Shown: positions 47,351 to 54,947 of the stretch, in pieces
Numbering within the stretch: position 1 is the first letter of the stretch
How the letters are laid out: the number at the start of each line of letters is the position of its first letter
DNA from: Aristaeellaceae bacterium
GTDB taxonomy: Bacteria; Bacillota; Clostridia; Christensenellales; Aristaeellaceae
Direction of reading: 5' to 3'
Assembly: GCA_051886675.1 (NCBI GenBank)
Contig: JBJEYH010000203.1
Location: 183-64,182 of the forward strand
Length of the DNA stretch: 64,000 nt
Translations under genes and position numbers: made by a program
The notes under the pieces: model-generated
What the model was told of the DNA's origin: nothing
Databases searched by the model: none
Seen by the model: only the letters and a program-made list of their open reading frames with translations

Positions 47351-47489
47351 GGCCCGGCTCGCGGAGGGCGAGCCGGGCTGCGGGGGTCACGGCGCGCAAT
47401 AGGCGCGCCGCGACGCGGAGCATGCATGGCTCTCCCCTTCCGTCACGGCTGACGCCGTGACACCTTCCCCGCTGGGGAAGGATTTTTTT
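47351..47489. repeat. Four-hairpin REP-like module (copy 1 of 3 in the window), ending in a T-run
   Basis: GCCCGGCTCGC-ggagg-GCGAGCCGGGC; GTCACGGCGCGC-aatag-GCGCGCCGCGAC; GTCACGG-ctgacg-CCGTGAC; CTTCCCC-gct-GGGGAAG, then GATTTTTTT. Homologous to 57368-57503 and 57606-57740. Confidence 0.85.
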
Positions 47490-47711
47490 GGTTGCGCGCG
47501 CTCGGGCGGGGCTCCCCTGCGGTCGCCCCGCTTCGCCCATGCTTGCGCGCTCCGCCATCGTTGAGGGAGGCGGCGACCTCCTGCGGAGGCCGACGGAGGC
47601 TGCTCAGGCTCCTCCGGCCTTGCGGCGGGGACGGCGCCGTGCAGCCTGTCCTTTCCGGAAGGGGGGATACGGGGCGCGTCCGCTTCTTCGAGCGGGCGCG
47701 CGGCGTATGGC

Positions 47712-47745
47712 AAAGGCCCGCGGATACTTTCATCCACGGGCCTTT
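47712..47745. terminator. Terminator-like hairpin downstream of the minus-strand oxidoreductase operon
   Basis: AAAGGCCCG-N16-CGGGCCTTT, 17 nt past the stop at 47762. The T-run is short. Confidence 0.5.
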
Positions 47746-47761
47746 GTGTGTTTCCTGTGCG

Positions 47762-48937
47762 TTACCAGTTGACCTGCCAGCGCTGGCTGTACTTGCCCTC
47801 GGGAGCCTTCTGGCGCTTGCCCTCCTTGTAGGCGGAGGTAGCCGCGCGCTCGGCCAGCAGGCGGTCGAACAGCGCGGTGTCCATGGGCAGCTCGATGGGC
47901 TGATTCCCCGTCCACTGGGACAGGTAGGCCGCGTTGGAGATGGTCAGCTCGTTCAGGCCGTCCCGGCCGGGGGACATGAGCGGCTCGCCGTGGAGGATGG
48001 CGTTGGCCCAGTTCTGCAGGATGCCCGCGTGGGCGGTCTCCTTCTCCTCCTGGACGATCTCTTCGTAGTCGTAGGGGATCTGCGCGAAGTTCTCCTGGGA
48101 CTCCACGCGCACCTTGCTCTCGCTCTCCCGGAGCCGCCACCACTTCAGCACGCCGTTCTCCAGCACCAGCTTGCCTTCCTCGCCGGTGATCTCCAGGCGG
48201 TTGGTGCCGGGGCTTTCGCCGGTGGAGGTGATGAACACGCCCGTCGCCCCGTCCGCGTAGCGGGTGAGGATGGTCACGTCGTCCTCCACCTCGATGTTGT
48301 GGTACTTGGCCACGTCGCAGTAGGCGGTGACCGTCTCGGGCATGCCGCAGATCCACTGCCACAGGTCCAGGTTGTGGGGCGCCTGATTCAGCAGCACGCC
48401 GCCGCCCTCCCCGGCCCAGGTGGCGCGCCACGCGCCCGAATCATAGTAGTGCTGGGTGCGGTACCAGTTGGTGATGATCCACACCGTGCGCTTCATCCTG
48501 CCCAGCGCGCCGCCCTGCACCAGCTCCCGCGCCTTGCGGAAGAGGGGATTGGTCCGCTGGTTGAGCATCACCGCGAAGACGCGGTCCGTCCTGTCCGCCG
48601 CCGCGCACAGCTGCCGCGCCCGGGATACCGCGATGTCCACGGGCTTCTCCACCAGGGTGTGCAGCCCTGCCGCCAGCGTTTTTTCCGCCACGTCGCTGTG
48701 ACTGGGATGGGGCGTGGACACGATGGCCGCATCCGCCGCGCCCGATGCCAGCAGCTCTTCCACGCTGGCATAGCAGGGTACGCCGGGGAACATCTGCGCG
48801 AGCTCCGCCCGGCGCGCCGCATCCACATCGCACAGGGCCCCCAGGGTCATGCCCTCCACCCGGCCCTGCGACAGGCAGACCGCATGAGCCGTGCCCATAT
48901 TGCCCACGCCGATCACCGCTGCCCGGATCGTCGTCAT
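47762..48937 (-). CDS. Gfo/Idh/MocA family oxidoreductase (paralogue A)
   Basis: IGVGNMG Rossmann motif, EKP, and the long shared block YYDSGAWRATWAGEGGGVLLNQ.PH.LDL. ATG at 48937 is preferred over the track GTG at 48946 on Shine-Dalgarno spacing. Confidence 0.85.
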   Translation of the reverse strand: MTTIRAAVIGVGNMGTAHAVCLSQGRVEGMTLGALCDVDAARRAELAQMFPGVPCYASVEELLASGAADAAIVSTPHPSHSDVAEKTLAAGLHTLVEKPVDIAVSRARQLCAAADRTDRVFAVMLNQRTNPLFRKARELVQGGALGRMKRTVWIITNWYRTQHYYDSGAWRATWAGEGGGVLLNQAPHNLDLWQWICGMPETVTAYCDVAKYHNIEVEDDVTILTRYADGATGVFITSTGESPGTNRLEITGEEGKLVLENGVLKWWRLRESESKVRVESQENFAQIPYDYEEIVQEEKETAHAGILQNWANAILHGEPLMSPGRDGLNELTISNAAYLSQWTGNQPIELPMDTALFDRLLAERAATSAYKEGKRQKAPEGKYSQRWQVNW

Positions 48938-49012
48938 CACACTCACCTCTTACCTTTCTTCCCGCAGATACGGGCCGGCGCAGCTGAGGCGCCGGCCCAT
49001 CGGATGGCCCTG

Positions 49013-50179
49013 TTACTTGGTGACCTTGCTGCCGTAGCTGGAGGAGGTATCCATCACCACGTCCACGTCCTCCTTGTGGCGGGAGGTGGCGCGGCGCTCG
49101 TTGAGCAGCTGCAGGAACCGCTCCTCGTCAATGGGCAGGGACACGGTCTCGCCGGTCCAGCCGGAAAGGTGGATGGCGTTGGACAGCATCAGGCCGTTGA
49201 TGCCCTCGCGGCCGTCGGCCACCAGGGGCCCGCCGTGCAGGATGTGGTCGGCAAAGGCGTTGAGCACCGCCACATGCTGCAGGTTCTGGCCGTCGGTCTC
49301 CACGGGCACGCGGGTCACGCCGGGCTTCTTGAAGCCCTCGGGGCAGGTGACGCACCACTGCCGCTCGTCCATCTCCAGCTGGTCGAAGATCAGTTCGTTG
49401 TTCTCCACGATCAGGCGGCCCTTGGTGCCGGTGATCTCCAGGCGGTTGGTGCCGGGGGCATCGCCGGTGGTGGTGACGAACACGCCCGTCGCCCCGTTGG
49501 CGAACTCCAGATAGGCCGTCACGTCGTCCTCGACCTCAATGTCGTGCCACTTGCCCTCGTGGGTGAAGGCATGCACCCGCGCGGGCAGCCCGCACAGCCA
49601 CTGCAGAAGATCCAGCTGATGGGGGCACTGGTTCAGCAGCACGCCGCCGCCCTCGCCCGCCCAGGTGGCGCGCCACGCGCCGGAATCATAGTAGAACTGG
49701 GTGCGGTACCAGTCGGTGACGATCCAGTTCATGCGCTTCATTTCGCCGATGGCGCCTTCCTCAATCAGCTCCTTGGCCTTGCGGTAGAGGCAGTTGCTGC
49801 GCTGGTTGAACATCATGCCGAAGGTCAGCTCGGGATGCTGATCCGCGGCGGCCATCATCTCACGCACCTGCAGGGTGTACACGCCCGCGGGCTTCTCGCA
49901 CATCACGTGCAGCCCATGCTCAAAGCCCTCGATGGCCAGCGGCGGATGCTGATAGTGGGGCACGGCCAGCAGCACGGCCTCGCAGGTCCCGCTGGCGATC
50001 AGCTCGCTGCCCTCGTTGAAAATGGCCGCCTCCGGCAGGACTTCCTTCGCCCATGCGCGGCGGCTCTCCTTGCGGTCGGCCACGGCGGTGACCGCAACCT
50101 CCGGACACTTGCCCGCCAGAATATTCCGGATATGGCCCGAGCCCATGTTGCCCGCGCCGATAATGCCAAGCTTCAGCAT
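49013..50179 (-). CDS. Gfo/Idh/MocA family oxidoreductase (paralogue B)
   Basis: IGAGNMG, CEKP, and the same YYDSGAWRATWAGEGGGVLLNQ block as paralogue A. GAAGGAGG ribosome-binding site. Confidence 0.85.
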   Translation of the reverse strand: MLKLGIIGAGNMGSGHIRNILAGKCPEVAVTAVADRKESRRAWAKEVLPEAAIFNEGSELIASGTCEAVLLAVPHYQHPPLAIEGFEHGLHVMCEKPAGVYTLQVREMMAAADQHPELTFGMMFNQRSNCLYRKAKELIEEGAIGEMKRMNWIVTDWYRTQFYYDSGAWRATWAGEGGGVLLNQCPHQLDLLQWLCGLPARVHAFTHEGKWHDIEVEDDVTAYLEFANGATGVFVTTTGDAPGTNRLEITGTKGRLIVENNELIFDQLEMDERQWCVTCPEGFKKPGVTRVPVETDGQNLQHVAVLNAFADHILHGGPLVADGREGINGLMLSNAIHLSGWTGETVSLPIDEERFLQLLNERRATSRHKEDVDVVMDTSSSYGSKVTK

Positions 50180-50229
50180 TCCTGGTATCCTCCTTCAATT
50201 GATGCATGCGTTGTCGTGTATCGGTGTCA

Positions 50230-51081
50230 TTACAGCTGTGCCAGGATTTCCTTGAGCGCCGTGCAGGCCGCGTGGAAGGCCGTCCGGCTGTCGGGGTAGG
50301 ACTCGTGATGGGTCAGGGCCTCGCCCTGCAGCTCGCCCAGGCCCGCGAACACCGTCAGGTGGGGCTCCACCGTCAGGATCACGTCGCCCTCGCGCTCGGC
50401 GTTGAGCCTGCCCAGCAGCTCCGCCAGATGACCGTCGCCATGGCCCGCGGCCACCACCGCGCCGTCGGCCAGGAAGGCGTCCTTGACGTGCATGTAGGTG
50501 ATGCGGTCATGCAGCTGCTCGAAGGCCTCCGGGGGCTTGACGCCGCACTGGATGAAGTTCGCCGGGTCGAAGGCGAAGCCCATGCGGTCGCCGAAGTGAT
50601 CCAGCAGGTCGACGCACCGCTCGGTCACGTCGCCGTAGATTTCCTTCTCGTTCTCGTGCACCAGCTGAATGCCGGCCTCATCAGCCAGATCCAGCATGAT
50701 GGTCAGGCGGCGGATAACCTCCTCGCGCCAGGAAGCCGGATCGCTGCCCGCCGGCGGGAAGAAGCTGAACATGCGGATCCGCTTGCAGCCCAGATGCTTG
50801 CACAGCTCCAGGCCGTGACGGAACAGCGCTAGATGCTCGTCAAAGGGCTCGTCCAGGGGGGCCTTGCCGTAGGGGGAGCCCAGGGCGGACAGGGCGATGC
50901 CCGCGGCATCCAGTTTGGCCTTCACCGCGTCGGCCTCCTCCAGGGTCAGCTTCGCGCAGTTCTTGCCGTCCACGCCGCGCAGCTCAATCAGCCCGATACC
51001 CTCTTCCCTGAGCGCCTGCAGCTGTTCGTCCAGAGAGGGGCTGGCCTCATCCGCAAAGGCAGAAAGAATAAAGCGAGCCAT
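50230..51081 (-). CDS. Xylose-isomerase-like TIM-barrel protein (sugar phosphate isomerase/epimerase, AP_endonuc_2)
   Basis: 283 aa. Typical ..E.R......L.......A..GL....L.S....... and HENE / H.KD metal-ligand-like blocks. AAGGAGGA ribosome-binding site. Confidence 0.8.
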   Translation of the reverse strand: MARFILSAFADEASPSLDEQLQALREEGIGLIELRGVDGKNCAKLTLEEADAVKAKLDAAGIALSALGSPYGKAPLDEPFDEHLALFRHGLELCKHLGCKRIRMFSFFPPAGSDPASWREEVIRRLTIMLDLADEAGIQLVHENEKEIYGDVTERCVDLLDHFGDRMGFAFDPANFIQCGVKPPEAFEQLHDRITYMHVKDAFLADGAVVAAGHGDGHLAELLGRLNAEREGDVILTVEPHLTVFAGLGELQGEALTHHESYPDSRTAFHAACTALKEILAQL

Positions 51082-51243
51082 ATGCGTTTCCTCCTTGCAA
51101 CCTGTGTATTTGTCCGTTCGGCTCCGGCCCTCCGCCGGGGCGGAAACGCGCGGAGCCTGCTACTGTTTATGATACATGAACCGGGCCGGAATTGCAATGC
51201 GTAACTGCGACGAAACGGTACAAAATGTATAAAAAAATTGCAT

Positions 51244-51603
51244 TTATTCCCCCGTCCACAGGCATACCGCCGCGGCCGTATCCCCCTCGTGGGTGATGGA
51301 GAGCAGGAACGTGCCGGGCAGGGCGTCGGCGGCGCTGCCGTGCAGGCGGTAGCAGGGCTGACCCGCCGGGCTGTGGCAGACCTCGATCTCCGCAAGCGGC
51401 AGCGACAGCCCCCGCCCCGCGGCCTTCAGCAGCGCCTCCTTGGCCGCCCAGATCCCCGCCATGGTCTGGGCCGCGCCCGCGCCCCGGCCGCGGATGTAGG
51501 CCGCCTCCGCCTCGGTGAAGTACCGCGTCAGGAACCGGCCGTCCGAAAGCAGCGGCTCCATGCGGCTGATCCCGCACAGATCCAGCCCCAGCCCCTTACA
51601 CAT
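51244..51603 (-). CDS. acpS: Holo-[acyl-carrier-protein] synthase
   Basis: GLG.D...I.R, FT..E and WAAKEA..KA blocks. 119 aa. Overlaps the birA 3' end by 8 nt. Confidence 0.9.
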   Translation of the reverse strand: MCKGLGLDLCGISRMEPLLSDGRFLTRYFTEAEAAYIRGRGAGAAQTMAGIWAAKEALLKAAGRGLSLPLAEIEVCHSPAGQPCYRLHGSAADALPGTFLLSITHEGDTAAAVCLWTGE

Positions 51604-52561
51604 ACCCCATCACCCCGCGCACCGACACGTCCCCCGACAGCACCCGGTGAAGCGTCCCGTCCTCCGTGCGCACCAGCAGCGCGCCGCCCTCGTCCAGGGC
51701 CTCCGCCGTGCCCGTCAGGTTCACCGCGCCCACCACGTTCACCCGGCTGCCCAGCGTGCAGGAGCGCGCGGCGTATTCCTCCGCGATGCCCGCCATGCCC
51801 GACTGCTCCAGCCGATCCAGCGCGTCCTCCAGCGCGGCCAGGTAATGGGTCAGGATCACCCGGCGAAGGGGCGGCTGCGTGAATTCCGCAATGGCCGCAG
51901 CCCGCTCCGCCAGCTCCGGCGGATAGGCCCCCTCCAGCACGTTCAGCCCCGTGCCCGCCACCACGTACTCGATCCTGTCCGGATCCGCGCTGACCTCCAG
52001 CAGAATCCCGCACAGCTTCCGCCCCTGATACACCAGATCGTTGGGCCACTTGATCTGCGCGGCGATGCCGCAGGTCTCCTCCACGGCCCTGGCCATGGCC
52101 ATGGCCGCGCACAGGGTGATCAGCGGCGCGCGCTCCGGCGGAAGCTCCGGCCGCAACAGCACCGACAGCCACAGCCCCTTCCCCGCCGGCGACGCCCACG
52201 CCCGCCCCAGACGCCCCTTCCCCGCCAGCTGCGTCTCGCTCACGCAAAGGCTCCCGTGGGGCGCCCCGGACAGGGCCATCTGCTTGACCTCCGTGTTGGT
52301 GGAGCCGGTCTCCTGCAGGCAGCGGTTCTCCCCCCGGCCAAGGCTCCGCGTGGTCAGGCTGCAGGTCCACAGCGCAGATTCGAGGGTGTCCCCCGCCAGC
52401 AGCCGGTAGCCCCGCTTCCCGCCGGACTCGATCTGCCAGCCCGCCTCCCGCAGCGCGCTGATCTTCTTCCACACCGCCGCCCGGCTGACCCCCAGCACCC
52501 GGCTGATGGCCTCGCCCGAGACGTACTCGCCCGGGGCGAGCATCTCCAGAATGGTTTTCAC
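51596..52561 (-). CDS. birA: Bifunctional biotin-[acetyl-CoA-carboxylase] ligase / biotin operon repressor
   Basis: N-terminal winged helix-turn-helix (SGE.IS..LGVSRAAVWK.I..LR..G) plus the GKGRLGR.W biotin-binding loop. GTG start at 52561 after GAGGAGGA. Confidence 0.9.
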   Translation of the reverse strand: MKTILEMLAPGEYVSGEAISRVLGVSRAAVWKKISALREAGWQIESGGKRGYRLLAGDTLESALWTCSLTTRSLGRGENRCLQETGSTNTEVKQMALSGAPHGSLCVSETQLAGKGRLGRAWASPAGKGLWLSVLLRPELPPERAPLITLCAAMAMARAVEETCGIAAQIKWPNDLVYQGRKLCGILLEVSADPDRIEYVVAGTGLNVLEGAYPPELAERAAAIAEFTQPPLRRVILTHYLAALEDALDRLEQSGMAGIAEEYAARSCTLGSRVNVVGAVNLTGTAEALDEGGALLVRTEDGTLHRVLSGDVSVRGVMGYV

Positions 52562-52684
52562 AGGGCTGTTCCTCCTCTTTATGTCAAATTTGTTACAACC
52601 TTTTCAGGCGCCGCAAACCCGCCTCCCGCCTTGACATTGTACCGCATCGGCCCCGCCTTGGCAAGGAAATCCCTGCGCGGACGC

Positions 52685-52713
52685 TTGATTTATCGTCATA
52701 GATTGGTTATACT
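52685..52713 (+). promoter_or_regulatory. Putative sigma-A promoter (TTGATT-17 nt-TATACT)
   Basis: -35 at 52685-52690 and -10 at 52708-52713, ~35 nt upstream of the moxR ATG. Confidence 0.55.
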
Positions 52714-52749
52714 ATGGTGAAATCTATTTGTGATTTGGAGGCATCAGGT

Positions 52750-53697
52750 ATGCAGCAGCAGCCCCGCAGGATGATTCAGGCCCTGCAAAGCAACATCGGC
52801 AAGGCCATCGTCGGCAAGGAGGAGGCCATCGAATATGCGCTGATCGCCCTCCTGTGCAAGGGTCATGTTCTCATTGAGGACGTGCCGGGCGTGGGCAAGA
52901 CCACCCTGGCCAGCGCCCTGGCCAGATCCCTGGACTGTTCCTTCCGCCGCATTCAGTTCACCCCCGACCTGATGCCCTCGGATGTGACGGGCTATACCCT
53001 CATCAACATCAAGACCGGGCAGATGGAGTTCAAGGAGGGCGCGGTGATGAGCCAGGTGGTCCTGGCCGACGAGATCAACCGTACCAGCCCCAAGACCCAG
53101 TCCTCCCTCCTGGAGGTCATGGAGGAGCATCAGGTCACGGTGGACGGCATCACCCATCCCCTGCCCCAGCCCTTCATCGTCCTGGCCACCCAGAACCCCA
53201 GCGAGTTCGTGGGCACCTATCCCCTGCCCGAGGCGCAGATGGACCGCTTCTTCCTGCGCATCTCCATCGGCTACCCCACGGTGGAGCAGGAGATGGACGT
53301 GCTGGAGCGCTACTCCGGCGCCGTCAAGCCCATGGAAACCATCGAGCCCGTCTGCTCGGCCCAGGACGTCATCGCCCTGCAGGAGATGGTCACCCAGGTG
53401 TACTGCTCGCCGGAGGTGCGCTCCTACGTGGCGACCATCGCCGCGGCCACCCGTCAGGATCCCGCCCTGCAGCTGGGCATCTCCACCCGCGCGGCCATCG
53501 CGCTGATCCACGGGGCCCAGGCCTGCGCCCTGCTGGACGGGCGTGACTTCATCCTCCCCGAGGACGTGCAGCACATGGCCCTGCCGGTGATGTGCCACCG
53601 CGTATCCCTCAACCCCGAGGCCCGCATGAAGGGCATCACCCCCGAGCAGGTGGTCATGAACATTCTCAAGAACGTGGCGGTGCCTGTCAAGCTATGA
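52750..53697 (+). CDS. MoxR-family AAA+ ATPase
   Basis: Walker A GVGKT, Walker B LADEINR, and FTPDL.PSD..G, all typical of MoxR. ATG at 52750. Confidence 0.9.
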   Translation: MQQQPRRMIQALQSNIGKAIVGKEEAIEYALIALLCKGHVLIEDVPGVGKTTLASALARSLDCSFRRIQFTPDLMPSDVTGYTLINIKTGQMEFKEGAVMSQVVLADEINRTSPKTQSSLLEVMEEHQVTVDGITHPLPQPFIVLATQNPSEFVGTYPLPEAQMDRFFLRISIGYPTVEQEMDVLERYSGAVKPMETIEPVCSAQDVIALQEMVTQVYCSPEVRSYVATIAAATRQDPALQLGISTRAAIALIHGAQACALLDGRDFILPEDVQHMALPVMCHRVSLNPEARMKGITPEQVVMNILKNVAVPVKL

Positions 53698-54848
53698 AGA
53701 TCCGCCTGACCCTGCCGCTGGCAGTCGCCTTCGCGCTGCTGCTGGCGGCCTTTTCCACCGGGAGTCCCATCTTTCTGTTCGGCGGCGTGCTGATTCTGCT
53801 GGCCATGCTCAGCGGGCTGATCGCCGTGGAATGGGCCTCCCGGACGATGACGGTTTCCTCCGGGCTGTCCGGCCGGGCGGTGCAGCGCGGGGAGAGCGTC
53901 ACCCTGGAGGTGACGGTGCGCCACAAGGGGCTGCTGCCCATCGCACCGATTCTCCTGGAGCTCTACGCCACGCCGGATACCCCCCAGACCCAGGTGCGCC
54001 TCAAGGACGCCCCCGGCAAGACCCAGCGGCTGACCCTGCCCTTCCACGCCGCCCATGTGGGCGTCACCTGCCCCGGCGTGCGCTCCTGCACGGTGGAGGA
54101 CGTGTTCGGCATGTTCGCCAGAACCGTCATTCCCAAGACCGGCACGGAGGAGCTGCTGGTGCTGCCCATGCCCTTCTCTGTGGAGGCGCTGAAATTCGCC
54201 CCCGGGGATCCCGGCTCCGAGGTGATGGCCCGGGCCACGGAGGACGTGTCCAACCCGGCGGACTTCCGCAACTACCAGCCCGGCGACGCCATGAAGAAAA
54301 TCCACTGGAAGCTCTCCGCCCGCAAGGGCGACCTGATGGTCCGCCGCTACGAGGAGCCGGTGCTTTCCGACGCGCTGGTGCTCATGGACTGCTCGCCGCC
54401 GCCCTCCTGGGGGCATCCGGAGGCCGAGGCCGATATCCGCGATACGCTCCTGGAAACCGCCGCCTCCATCATGGCCAGCCAGTCCGGCTCGGATCACGCG
54501 GTGCGCCTGCCCCTGATGGGCGCGCATCCCATCGAGCTGGAGAAGAACATGGGCATGCCCCTGATCCTGGAAAACCTGGCCCGCGTGGACTTTTCCGAGA
54601 CGGACAAGTTCGAGCGGGTGCTTCTGCTGGAGACCCGCCGCATGCGCCGCGTGGGCGCCACGGTGGTCATCTCGGCCCGGCTGTCCAGCCGGATTGTGGA
54701 CGTGATGATCCGCATGAAGCGCATGGGCCCCACCGTACGGCTGTACCTGGTCACCTTCACCCCGGACGATCCGCTGGTGCTGGGCATGGTCAGCAAGCTG
54801 CAGCAGGCCGAGGTGGAGGTCTGCTACGTCACCCCCGCGCCGGCCTGA
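53694..54848 (+). CDS. DUF58 domain-containing protein
   Basis: Two N-terminal TM helices and the F...R.Y.PGD....IHWK.SAR...L.V(R/K) motif. ATGA start/stop overlap with moxR. Confidence 0.85.
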   Translation: MKIRLTLPLAVAFALLLAAFSTGSPIFLFGGVLILLAMLSGLIAVEWASRTMTVSSGLSGRAVQRGESVTLEVTVRHKGLLPIAPILLELYATPDTPQTQVRLKDAPGKTQRLTLPFHAAHVGVTCPGVRSCTVEDVFGMFARTVIPKTGTEELLVLPMPFSVEALKFAPGDPGSEVMARATEDVSNPADFRNYQPGDAMKKIHWKLSARKGDLMVRRYEEPVLSDALVLMDCSPPPSWGHPEAEADIRDTLLETAASIMASQSGSDHAVRLPLMGAHPIELEKNMGMPLILENLARVDFSETDKFERVLLLETRRMRRVGATVVISARLSSRIVDVMIRMKRMGPTVRLYLVTFTPDDPLVLGMVSKLQQAEVEVCYVTPAPA

Positions 54849-54947
54849 GGCCCGCGCAAACGATCATCTGTGTGAAAGGAGGTCATCCGGCTGAACAGGC
54901 GCAAAGCATCCTTCATCGACTGGAAGGGCATCCTCATTCACGGCCTG

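Noticed and set aside
52562-52749. A BirA operator in the birA-moxR intergenic region (TGTCAAATTTGTTACA near 52583-52598).
   Set aside because: The sequence is not a real inverted repeat and does not match the Firmicute bioO half-sites I recall. No bio genes are adjacent.
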